A DNA stretch of 64,000 nt from Terriglobia bacterium (lineage in GTDB: Bacteria; Acidobacteriota; UBA6911), in assembly GCA_963824985.1 (NCBI GenBank), contig CAWGRQ010000030.1, forward strand, positions 64,583 through 128,582. The letters run 5' to 3'. A program made the position numbers and the translations under genes. Below the pieces are notes generated by a model. The model ran no database searches. It had not been told where the DNA came from and saw only the letters and a program-made list of their open reading frames with translations. This document shows positions 18,120-26,426 of this stretch, one piece after another (position 1 is the first letter of the stretch; each line of letters starts with the position of its first letter).

Positions 18120-19790
18120 ATGAAGACAACGCTGAAGGGACATTCCCTCGATTGGGCGCTCATCCACATTTGCCGATACTGCGATAGCGACCTGTTTCCG
18201 CGCATGTTTGAATTCAACGTCATCCGCTGGAACTGGAGCGAGGTCAAGGAACGGATGCTCGCGGTCAACATGGAAACATACGAGCCGCGGCCGCCTCAGA
18301 TCCGCTTTGCCCCCAAACTCACCGGCGCCCAGCGGATCGTACACCGGCTCGATCCGATCGATTCATTGATATACACGGCCATGGTGTATGAAATCCATGA
18401 AGCCATGGAGAAGACCCGCAAACCCGAATCGCCGGTCCCCGCCACGCTCCTGATCCACACCGATTCCGACGGCTCCTTTTTCCAAACGGCTCGAGATGCT
18501 TGGCAGCAGCACACCGCGCGAATCGAAAGGCTCGCCCGATCCTATCCGGACGGCCATGTTCTGATGGCGGATATCTTCGATTTTTTCGGGCAGATCCAGC
18601 CGCGGCGGCTGGCAGGGGTCCTTGCGGAAGTACCCGGGTGTAACGCAAAACTCGCCCGGAACCTCATACATTTCCTTTACGCATTGTGCCCGGCGTCAGG
18701 CCGCGGCATCCCGATCGGTCCCGCCGCAAGCACCGTCCTCTCCGAGGTCATCATGGAATCCATCGAACGCAGGATCGTGGCTTCCACGAGTGACTTCGCC
18801 CGCTGGGGAGATGATCTGCGCGTTTTCTTTTCCACACGCGAGGAGGCGCAAAAGGCGCTGGGTGAATGGAGTTCCTACCTGCACACGACCTATGAGATGA
18901 TTTTCGCCCTCGATAAGACGCGGGTGATCCCGGTGCCGGAGTTTATGGGGCGTCATTTCAGGGGGCTCCCGGAAGAGACTGTCGCGGCGGGTCCTGCAGA
19001 GGCTCGCTTGAGCCGGGCAGTCGGGGACGGCAGCGGCATAATTCCTCATCACTATGCGTGGGGGACCTCAGCGGTCCCGGAAACACGGCCGGCGAGCGTC
19101 TACCGGCTGTTGCAGTCGCTGCCTGAATTTGAAACGACCGCAGCGGTGTACCTGCATCACTTCCACAAGGCGCTGGCGGGAAGACCGCCCGATATGCTGA
19201 CCGTGAAGCGCATCATGCGCAAGGCCGCCGCCTACCGGATTCGTTCGATTCTTCCCGGGGTTCTCGAGCATTTCGACCGTCTGATGCCGGTGATTCGCGA
19301 AGCCGGGACCTACTTGAGAGCGGTACTGGATGATGAGGAAGTGAGCTCGCACGCGGTGCCCCTGCGCCGGATCTGGGAGAGCAGCCTGCAGGGCAGTTCC
19401 TACTTTCACGACTGGATGTGCCATGTAATGACCCATCCCGGCTTCAATCAAATCCGACTCCCGGAGGATTACAGTTCGGTGGTCGGGATCAGGAATCAGG
19501 CCTTAATCGCCCTGCGGCGGCACGATATCGATTGGGTGCATCGCCATGTTGCCCACATGGAAACCATGGATCCATGGGATCGGCATGCGGTTCTCCATTC
19601 ATGCGCCATGTTGCCCGAGGGGGAACGGGAGCGTGTGGCCGGAGCGGCGCTGGCTGCCGGGGACCTCGTGGAACTATCTCTCGCCCGGCATCTCCAATCG
19701 CTTTCGAGTCGAAAAACCAGTCCCGGCGGCGGCCGCTCCGACATCAAGGGTCCCGACAATTATCCCTCGTACGGCGACAAACCGGCCTAG
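18120..19790 (+). CDS. Stand-alone reverse transcriptase, UG/Abi (defence-associated RT)-like, with about 280-aa helical C-terminal extension
   Basis: 556 aa, ATG preceded by GGAGG (18110-18114). RT motifs occur in the canonical order. Motif 1-2 is FAPKLTGAQRIVHRLDPIDSLIYTAM. Motif A is LMADIFDFFGQI (D151 = nt 18570-18572). Motif B is GIPIGPAASTVLSEVIM. Motif C is FARWGDDLRVFF (DD = nt 18810-18815). Motif D is LDKTRV. I see no RNase H, maturase/endonuclease or integrase motifs. Confidence 0.85.
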   Translation: MKTTLKGHSLDWALIHICRYCDSDLFPRMFEFNVIRWNWSEVKERMLAVNMETYEPRPPQIRFAPKLTGAQRIVHRLDPIDSLIYTAMVYEIHEAMEKTRKPESPVPATLLIHTDSDGSFFQTARDAWQQHTARIERLARSYPDGHVLMADIFDFFGQIQPRRLAGVLAEVPGCNAKLARNLIHFLYALCPASGRGIPIGPAASTVLSEVIMESIERRIVASTSDFARWGDDLRVFFSTREEAQKALGEWSSYLHTTYEMIFALDKTRVIPVPEFMGRHFRGLPEETVAAGPAEARLSRAVGDGSGIIPHHYAWGTSAVPETRPASVYRLLQSLPEFETTAAVYLHHFHKALAGRPPDMLTVKRIMRKAAAYRIRSILPGVLEHFDRLMPVIREAGTYLRAVLDDEEVSSHAVPLRRIWESSLQGSSYFHDWMCHVMTHPGFNQIRLPEDYSSVVGIRNQALIALRRHDIDWVHRHVAHMETMDPWDRHAVLHSCAMLPEGERERVAGAALAAGDLVELSLARHLQSLSSRKTSPGGGRSDIKGPDNYPSYGDKPA

Positions 19791-19965
19791 CCGGTTTTAT
19801 TCATGAGTCGAGAATCGCAACACACCCCGGGACACGGAACGGCACAGTCGAACACGGACTGCCTCCGTGCGCAGGGATTCTGTCCGGCTGGTATCGGCGA
19901 CGGCTGAGTAGTAATATTCGCTTTTTGCCGCTCTGTCACCTGATTTCCGATTGCGGAGGCGATTC

Positions 19966-22794
19966 ATGAAGCACTCAACACTTCTCATCAAGATCCAAAT
20001 CGTTCTGATGCTGGCGCTCGCTCTTTCGATTACGGCATGCGGGCAAGGTGAACCTGTCGCATCGAAATTCCCCACGCTCAAATTCGAAACCTTCAAACTG
20101 GCAAACGGGCTCCAGGTGATTCTCAGCGCGGATCACCGACTGCCTCTGGTTGCGGTGGACCTGTGGTATCACGTGGGGCCGGCCAACGAGCGGCCGGGGC
20201 GCACCGGGTTTGCGCACCTCTTTGAACACATGATGTTCCAGGGTTCGAAGCATGCGGGAGATAAGCCGTTCCAGGTCCTGGAGACCGCGGGGGCCACGGA
20301 AATCAACGGCACGACCGATTTCGACCGTACCAATTATTTCGAGACCATGCCCGCCGGCCAACTGGAACTGGCGCTCTGGCTTGAGAGCGACCGCATGGGC
20401 TGGCTCCTGGACAAGCTGGATCAGGGCAAGCTTGCCAATCAGATCGATGTCGTGCGCAATGAACGGCGCCAGGGCGAGAACTCCCCATATTCGCTGGTCG
20501 AGGAAGAACTGTTCCATCAGCTTTTCCCGAAAACGCATCCCTATTACGCCAGCGTGATCGGGTCGCACGCGGACATAGAATCGGCGGAACTGAACGATGT
20601 GCGCGACTTTTTCACACAATATTACACTCCCAACAACGCCAGCCTGGCGATCGTCGGTGATTACGACCCCGGCACGATCAGGGGCCTGGTTGAAAAATAC
20701 TTCGGCCCCATTCCCGCCGGGCCGACAGTGCCCAGGATCGACGCCGTGACACCGCCGATTACCCAGGAGCGGCGCGTCACGGTAACCGACAAGGTACAAT
20801 TACCGCGCGTATACATGGCCTGGATCACCGCGCCCATTTACAAGCCGGGGGACGCGGAAGCCGATCTTTTGGCGCGCATTCTGGGCGGTGGAAAATCGAG
20901 TCGCCTTTATAAAAGGCTGGTATACGAAAAACAGATTGCCCAGGATGTGAGCGCTTCCCAATACTCGCTCATTCTTGGTTCGGTATTTCAGATCACGGCA
21001 ACCGCGCGGCCGGGGGTCAAGCCGGAAGATCTGGAGAAGGCGGTCGCAGAGGAATTGAGCGCTATCCAGAAGGACGGTCCCGGCGCGGCGGAAATGGAAC
21101 GCGCGCGCAACACCATCCAGACCGGCATCATCCGTGGCCTGCAGACGCTTGGCGGATTCGGGGGCGTGGCTGATGTGCTCAATCAGTACAACCACTACCT
21201 CGGCGAGCCAGGCTATCTGTCGAAGGACCTGGAACGGTACGAAAAAGCGACTCCGGCGGCGGTGCAGAAGGTGGCCATGACACTGACGCGCGATTCGCGA
21301 GTCGTGGTGTATGGAGTCCCCGGGGAAAAGGTGATCCAGGACGTGCCGAAGAAGCCCGAGCCCAAGATTACGGCGCAGAATCTCCCGGGAGGTCCCACCG
21401 GCGATGAATGGCGCAATACTCCCCCGGCACCGGGCAAGACCGGCACGATAAGCCTGCCGGTGCCCGTAGAGTTCACACTCCCCAACGGCCTGACCGTCCT
21501 TCTGATGGAACAGCACAACCTGCCCGTCTTCACCGCCGAACTGGCGGTGCTGCGCGGCAGCGACACCAATCCGATCTCCCGGCCGGGCCTGGCTTCGTTT
21601 ACCGCTGCCATGCTGACCGAGGGAACCCATAAGCGATCGTCCCCGCAACTGGCGGAAGAAATCGCGCAGATCGGCGCCTCCCTGACTACCAATTCCACTA
21701 TGGACGCCAGCTTCATTGTCGGTGGCGCTCTGACCGGCAATGCCGACCGGTTGTTCGAGTTGCTTTCCGACGTCGCCTTGAATCCAGCCTTTCCTGAGGA
21801 GGAGATCGCCCGGGTTCGCCAGCGCCGGCTCACTGCGCTCGTGCAGCAGGCCGACAATCCCAGCAGCCTGGCCAGCAGGATCGCATATCGGGAGGTCTAC
21901 GGGGAAAAGAGCCCGTATGGTTACCTGGAAAGCGGCACCAGGGAGTCCACCGAGGCCACCACCCGTGACGACATGACGCGGTTCTATCAGGATGGCTTTG
22001 GGCCGAAAAACTCCGCGCTGGTGGTCGCCGGCGACATTACCCAGGAGCAGCTGAAAACGCTGGCCGGGAAATACTTCGGCGCATGGGCGGTGGGAGCGCT
22101 CACCTCGCAGGCGCCTGACGTCGCCGCCGCCCAAACACGCCGGATCGTGATCGCCGACAAGCCGCGCGCGCCGCAGAGCGTGCTCATCATCGGCCAGGTG
22201 GGTCTGGCGCGCAGCCATCCGGATTACGTCCCGGTCAGCATCATGAACGATATCCTTGGCGGACTGTTCTCCAGCCGCATCAATCTCAACCTGCGCGAGG
22301 CCCACGGTTATACCTATGGAGCCTCCTCCATGTTCCTGTTCCGCCGCGGACCCGGACCATTCCTGGTTTTTACCATGGTCCGCACGGATGTCACCGCTGC
22401 ATCCGTCAAGGAGATCTTTTCCGAACTGGAGAAAATCCGCAATTCCCAGGTCGAGCCTAAAGAGCTGGCCATGGCCAAGGAAAGCAGGGTCCGCGGCCTT
22501 ACCGGCATCTTCGAGACCATGGAGCAGACCGCCGGCACCCTGGCGAATCTTTTCATTTACAACCTGCCGCTCGACTATTACCGGCAGCTGCCGCAGAAGA
22601 TCGAGGGGACCGAGGCCGCCGCCGTGCAGCGGGTGGCACGGGAGAACCTGGCGCCGGAGAGAATGGTCATTGTAGCCGTCGGCGATCGCGCGCGGATCGA
22701 GCCGGAGTTGAAGAAGCTCGGCTTGGGTCCGATTATTGCCCTGGATGCCGAGGGGAAGCCGCTGGCCCAACCCCGAACGTCGCCGGGGAAATAA
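19966..22794 (+). CDS. M16 (pitrilysin/insulinase) family zinc peptidase, tandem double-module type
   Basis: The HxxEH zinc motif occurs in GFAHLFEHMMFQGS, and a second inactive-type M16 module fills the C-terminal half. The ORF-track start is a TTG at 19951. I prefer ATG 19966 (MKHSTLL, signal peptide), which has GGAGG 6 nt upstream. Confidence 0.92.
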   Translation: MKHSTLLIKIQIVLMLALALSITACGQGEPVASKFPTLKFETFKLANGLQVILSADHRLPLVAVDLWYHVGPANERPGRTGFAHLFEHMMFQGSKHAGDKPFQVLETAGATEINGTTDFDRTNYFETMPAGQLELALWLESDRMGWLLDKLDQGKLANQIDVVRNERRQGENSPYSLVEEELFHQLFPKTHPYYASVIGSHADIESAELNDVRDFFTQYYTPNNASLAIVGDYDPGTIRGLVEKYFGPIPAGPTVPRIDAVTPPITQERRVTVTDKVQLPRVYMAWITAPIYKPGDAEADLLARILGGGKSSRLYKRLVYEKQIAQDVSASQYSLILGSVFQITATARPGVKPEDLEKAVAEELSAIQKDGPGAAEMERARNTIQTGIIRGLQTLGGFGGVADVLNQYNHYLGEPGYLSKDLERYEKATPAAVQKVAMTLTRDSRVVVYGVPGEKVIQDVPKKPEPKITAQNLPGGPTGDEWRNTPPAPGKTGTISLPVPVEFTLPNGLTVLLMEQHNLPVFTAELAVLRGSDTNPISRPGLASFTAAMLTEGTHKRSSPQLAEEIAQIGASLTTNSTMDASFIVGGALTGNADRLFELLSDVALNPAFPEEEIARVRQRRLTALVQQADNPSSLASRIAYREVYGEKSPYGYLESGTRESTEATTRDDMTRFYQDGFGPKNSALVVAGDITQEQLKTLAGKYFGAWAVGALTSQAPDVAAAQTRRIVIADKPRAPQSVLIIGQVGLARSHPDYVPVSIMNDILGGLFSSRINLNLREAHGYTYGASSMFLFRRGPGPFLVFTMVRTDVTAASVKEIFSELEKIRNSQVEPKELAMAKESRVRGLTGIFETMEQTAGTLANLFIYNLPLDYYRQLPQKIEGTEAAAVQRVARENLAPERMVIVAVGDRARIEPELKKLGLGPIIALDAEGKPLAQPRTSPGK

Positions 22795-22879
22795 TGGCGG
22801 GTGGCGTTTCCGGTGCGCGTCCGATCCGGGCTACGGCAGGAACAATCAAGTATATGCGGCGCTTCCATGGGCCGATAGG

Positions 22880-23908
22880 ATGGGAATGAAATCCCTCAGA
22901 TTTTGTATATTCGCGCTTCTGGTGTTCTACGGGTCCGGGAGTTCCAGCCTGAGCCGGCAGCAGCCGGCTCAGCCCTTGCATGCCGACCTCGAGGAGGCGG
23001 CGCGCCTGGTCAGCCTCACTCCTAAGTCCGGCCGGCAATACAATTATATCGTGACCGCTGGAATTCGCTTCCTTCTGTTCTGGGTGTCCCGGGATGATGT
23101 GGGTCACGGGTATATCCGGATGGGAACGCTTCCCGAGGATCCGGAGACGGAAATGGTCGAGCTGTTGATGGGATCCGATCCGGCAAAGGCGCCGCTCGGA
23201 GTCAATCGCTGGGGAGCGGCTGCCGAAGTCTGGCGCCGCAAGGACCATTCCGGCGCGTTTTTCGGCTTCATGAAATCCTCGAAAGGCGATTCCGTATCGG
23301 CCGCTCGGGACGAACTGTCGCGCGAGCAGGAGGTCCAGAAGTACCCCTTTGAGGGCATCATCATCCGCACCCACGATGGCCGGGCGGTGTCAACCTCGGT
23401 GCCCATCAATGCGGCCACCGATTTCACCCTCAATCAACTGCCGATGGCCAGGCAAATGGTCATCGAAAACCTCAAGGCTGCCGCACGAGCGCCGCGCGTC
23501 ACGGATGGCCGGACGCTGGCAGACTGTGCAAACGGCATGGGCTTCCTCTTTACGCTGCGCGATTTGATCGATGCTCATCTGGCGGGACAGAAGGCGCCGA
23601 TGACCCGGTGTTATGTGTATGCCGCACGACGCTACACCATCTCCATCCGCAGTTCCGAGCCGGTAGTCGAGTTGAAGGTAGCCCTGAAGATGCGCGGCGC
23701 CACCCGGAAAGTGGAACGAACCTATCGCAGCCTGAGGCGGGCCGATTTCCGCGTGGTAAACACCGTGACCGGCCTGCCGACTGATTTCCAGGCGGTGTTC
23801 GGGGAGTCGGGGGAACTTCGCGGCATTCCGATTCAGTTCGAACACCAGCCGAATTGGTGGTTTCGGGTTACCATCAACCTTCATCCGGAGCTGCCGCTGA
23901 AAAAGTGA
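22880..23908 (+). CDS. Hypothetical secreted protein
   Basis: Signal peptide MGMKSLRFCIFALLVFYGSG at the internal ATG 22880 (or 22886). The 5' extension of the ORF-track ORF to 22736 overlaps the M16 gene end and is not protein-like. No family recognised. Confidence 0.65.
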   Translation: MGMKSLRFCIFALLVFYGSGSSSLSRQQPAQPLHADLEEAARLVSLTPKSGRQYNYIVTAGIRFLLFWVSRDDVGHGYIRMGTLPEDPETEMVELLMGSDPAKAPLGVNRWGAAAEVWRRKDHSGAFFGFMKSSKGDSVSAARDELSREQEVQKYPFEGIIIRTHDGRAVSTSVPINAATDFTLNQLPMARQMVIENLKAAARAPRVTDGRTLADCANGMGFLFTLRDLIDAHLAGQKAPMTRCYVYAARRYTISIRSSEPVVELKVALKMRGATRKVERTYRSLRRADFRVVNTVTGLPTDFQAVFGESGELRGIPIQFEHQPNWWFRVTINLHPELPLKK

Positions 23909-23910
23909 CC

Positions 23911-23998
23911 GCATCTGTTTAGCCGATGCTAAACAGCAGAACGCAAAGACGCAAGGACGCAAAGAGATTCCTTTCGGTTCGCGGGCATGGGCGGCCTT
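23911..23998 (+). mobile_element. MITE copy 3 (truncated, left 88 bp only)
   Basis: GCATCTGTTTAGCCGATGCTAAACAGCAGAACGCAAAGACGCAAGGACGCAAAGAGATTCCTTTCGGTTCGCGGGCATGGGCGGCCTT is co-linear with the left arm of copy 1, then similarity stops. It starts 2 nt after the stop codon at 23906-23908. Confidence 0.8.
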
Positions 23999-24092
23999 GA
24001 GCCATTGTCCCGCTTGATGTGGGACCCCGTTTTCGCCTACTATCGATGTTGCCCTTTCACTACGACAACATTTGAATTCAGGAGGCAACCTT

Positions 24093-26165
24093 ATGTTCAG
24101 GACCTTTGTCACGCGCATCCTGGCAGTGGTGGCGGTATCGGCCGTCATGTTACCCGCGCAGACAGCGCGGCGCCCGCTTGGACTCGACGACATGCCCCGT
24201 CTGCGAGAAGTCCGGGACCCGCAGTGCTCGCCCGATGGCAAGTGGGTGGCCTACGTCGTCTCCATGATTGACGCAAAGGAGGACAAGAGCAGCGCGCACA
24301 TCTGGATGGTCGGCTACGATGGCCAGGGGGAACGACAGATCACTTCCAGCCAGGACAGCGAGTCCTCGCCGCGCTGGAGCCCGGATGGGAAATACCTGTC
24401 ATTCACTTCGTCCCGGCCGGGCAAGGCCAGCGGCAACCAGGTCTGGCTGATGGACCGAGGCGGCGGCGAGGCCTTCCAGCTCACCGAAACCAAAGGGCGC
24501 CTGCAGGGGTATGAATGGTCTCCGGATTCCAAACGGATTGCGCTGGTGGTCGGCGATCCCGATCCCGAAGCCGAATCGGCCGCGCCCGGCACCGCAGCCG
24601 GGACCGGGGGACGGGGCGGAACCCAGAGAGCTCCCAAACCGATCGTAATCGACCGCTACAAATATAAGCAGGATGGGCAGGGATACCTCCTGTCAGGTCG
24701 GCATTCCTATATATACCTGTTTGAGATCGCAACCAGGAAAACGGACCGGCTCACCGCCGGGACATGGGATGAATCGAGTCCATCGTGGTCACCTGACGGA
24801 TCACGGATCGCCTTCATGAGCAATCATGCGGAAGATCCGGATCGCGATCCGGCCAGCCAGATTTTCGTGGCCGAATCCAAGCCCGGGTCTGCAATCAAGG
24901 AGGTGACTCCGCCGACCAGCCGTGCGTCACGCTCGCAACCGGCCTGGAGTCCCGACGGCAAGTGGATTACATACCTGGAAACGGACGAAAAGGCCTACAA
25001 CGCTTACAGCATGACGCATCTGGCAGTCGTCGCCGCCGATGGCAGCGCTGCCCCCACGAGAGTGAAGGCGGTGGAGGATCTCGACCGCGGCGTCTCGTCA
25101 CCCGAATTCAGCCGCGACGGTCGGTTCATTGCGTTTACCGTCACGGACGACCGATCGGTATATCCTGCGCGGGTCGGCACCGCCGGCGGCCCGGTCGAGC
25201 GCCTGATGAAACCGCCCGTGGTCCTTTCCAGCTGGGTCACCGAAGGGGGTTGCACCGCGGTAATCTCCGGCGGCGACACCAGGTACAATGAAGTGCACGC
25301 GCTGGAGGGAGGCTCCCTTCGCCAGATCACACATCAGAACGATGCGCTGTTTGCCGAGCTGCAGATTGCGCCCACGGAGGAAGTAAACTTCAAGAGCCCG
25401 GACGGAACCGAAGTGCACGGGCTCCTGACCCGGCCGGTGAATTATGTGCCAGGCACAAAAGTCCCCCTGCTGCTGCGCATTCATGGTGGTCCCAACGGCC
25501 AGGATCAGCATTCGTTCAGCGTGGAACGCCAGTTTTTTGCGGCGCACGGCTATGCCGTGCTGGCGGTGAACTACCGCGGAAGTTCCGGCCGCGGAATGAA
25601 ATACTCGCGTTCCATTTTTGCCGACTGGGGACATTTCGAAGTCGAAGACCTGAAGGCCGGGGTCGATTACGTCATCAAGATGGGTGTTGCCGATCCCGAA
25701 AAGTTGGGCGTGGGCGGCTGGAGCTACGGTGGAATTCTGACCGACTACATGGTTGCAAGCGACACCAGGTTCAAGGCGGCCACGAGCGGCGCCGGCACCG
25801 CATTTACCGTCGCCTTTTACGGCACCGACCAGTACATCATCCAGTACGACTACGAAATCGGGCCGCCCTGGAATCCGAAATCGTGGGAGATCTACCAGAA
25901 GATTTCGTACCCGTTCCTGCATGCCGATCGAATCAAAACTCCGACCCTGTTTCTGGGCGGGGAGCGCGACTTCAATGTCCCGGTGCAGGGGGGTCAGCAG
26001 ATGTACCAGGCGCTGCGCAGCCTCGGGATCGACACGCAGCTCATCATTTATCCGAACGAGAATCACGGCATCAGCCGGCCAAGCTACGTCCGGGACCGTT
26101 ACGAGCGTTACCTGGCGTGGTACGACAAATACATAAAGGGGGTGTCCCCCGCCCCGGCAAAATAG
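24093..26165 (+). CDS. S9 family peptidase with N-terminal TolB-like beta-propeller (acylaminoacyl-peptidase / DPP type)
   Basis: Repeated SP.WSPDGK propeller motifs. Catalytic domain motifs: LLLRIHGGP, GGWSYGG, GGERDFNVP, NENHG. Start at ATG 24093 (MFRTFVTRILAVVAV) with GGAGG 7 nt upstream. Confidence 0.92.
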   Translation: MFRTFVTRILAVVAVSAVMLPAQTARRPLGLDDMPRLREVRDPQCSPDGKWVAYVVSMIDAKEDKSSAHIWMVGYDGQGERQITSSQDSESSPRWSPDGKYLSFTSSRPGKASGNQVWLMDRGGGEAFQLTETKGRLQGYEWSPDSKRIALVVGDPDPEAESAAPGTAAGTGGRGGTQRAPKPIVIDRYKYKQDGQGYLLSGRHSYIYLFEIATRKTDRLTAGTWDESSPSWSPDGSRIAFMSNHAEDPDRDPASQIFVAESKPGSAIKEVTPPTSRASRSQPAWSPDGKWITYLETDEKAYNAYSMTHLAVVAADGSAAPTRVKAVEDLDRGVSSPEFSRDGRFIAFTVTDDRSVYPARVGTAGGPVERLMKPPVVLSSWVTEGGCTAVISGGDTRYNEVHALEGGSLRQITHQNDALFAELQIAPTEEVNFKSPDGTEVHGLLTRPVNYVPGTKVPLLLRIHGGPNGQDQHSFSVERQFFAAHGYAVLAVNYRGSSGRGMKYSRSIFADWGHFEVEDLKAGVDYVIKMGVADPEKLGVGGWSYGGILTDYMVASDTRFKAATSGAGTAFTVAFYGTDQYIIQYDYEIGPPWNPKSWEIYQKISYPFLHADRIKTPTLFLGGERDFNVPVQGGQQMYQALRSLGIDTQLIIYPNENHGISRPSYVRDRYERYLAWYDKYIKGVSPAPAK

Positions 26166-26225
26166 CCGGATCGCCGGTACCGGGGCGCATTGCGCGCGAA
26201 TGAGCCTCCGCCGGGGGAAAAGTCC

Positions 26226-26253
26226 TTGCGATCCTGACGTTTGTTGCTATGAT
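26226..26253 (+). promoter_or_regulatory. Candidate sigma70-like promoter of the aro leader
   Basis: TTGCGA (26226-26231), a 16-nt spacer, then TATGAT (26248-26253), about 25 nt upstream of the leader ORF. Pattern match only; promoter consensus in this phylum is not established here. Confidence 0.35.
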
Positions 26254-26275
26254 CTCCGCAGAGGGAACGGAACAG

Positions 26276-26332
26276 ATGCGTCCATATTCGTATTGGCCTT
26301 ATTACTGCAGCTCACACGATGGTGGCCCCTGA
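26276..26332 (+). promoter_or_regulatory. 18-codon Tyr/Trp-rich leader ORF ([18 protein letters not shown])
   Basis: The sequence is atg cgt cca tat tcg tat tgg cct tat tac tgc agc tca cac gat ggt ggc ccc tga. GAGGGA lies 10 nt upstream. Four Tyr and one Trp codon fall within codons 4-10. It sits in the 260-nt leader of an aromatic amino-acid operon. Confidence 0.5.
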
Positions 26333-26377
26333 GGGGTGTGCGTCCTTCCTTTCTTCGCGACATGACGGAAGCGAGAG

Positions 26378-26414
26378 CGGCCCACCGGGGGCAACGGTGG
26401 GCCGTTCGCATTTC
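26378..26414 (+). terminator. Candidate attenuator hairpin in the aroF leader
   Basis: 10-bp GC stem CGGCCCACCG (26378-26387) / CGGTGGGCCG (26395-26404) with a 7-nt loop, followed by TTCGCATTTC and then the aroF SD AGGAG. Confidence 0.45.
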
Positions 26415-26426
26415 AGGAGCAGGATT

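Noticed and set aside
17685-19965. Retron (msr/msd) or DGR (TR/VR) organisation around the RT
   Set aside because: I found no pair of flanking inverted repeats of the retron a1/a2 type. I found no ~100-bp template/variable repeat pair with A-specific mismatches in or near neighbouring genes. The RT is much longer than retron or DGR RTs and lacks their motif context. This was eye inspection only.
20800-22770. 656-aa minus-strand ORF inside the M16 peptidase gene
   Set aside because: It is a typical GC-rich antisense shadow ORF with no motifs. The same reasoning applies to 5282..6352, 10432..11559, 15800..17137, 23390..24241, 25098..26066, 26832..27635, 31161..33098, 34729..35895, 36010..37203, 39586..40572, 41926..42705, 45232..46368 and 48099..48947.
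26319-26426. N-terminal extension of aroF to the ATG at 26319, as in the ORF track
   Set aside because: The extension ([36 protein letters not shown]) is not protein-like. It overlaps the leader ORF and the hairpin. The protein aligns from MIIICE with Thermotoga-type DAHP synthases, and AGGAG precedes ATG 26427.
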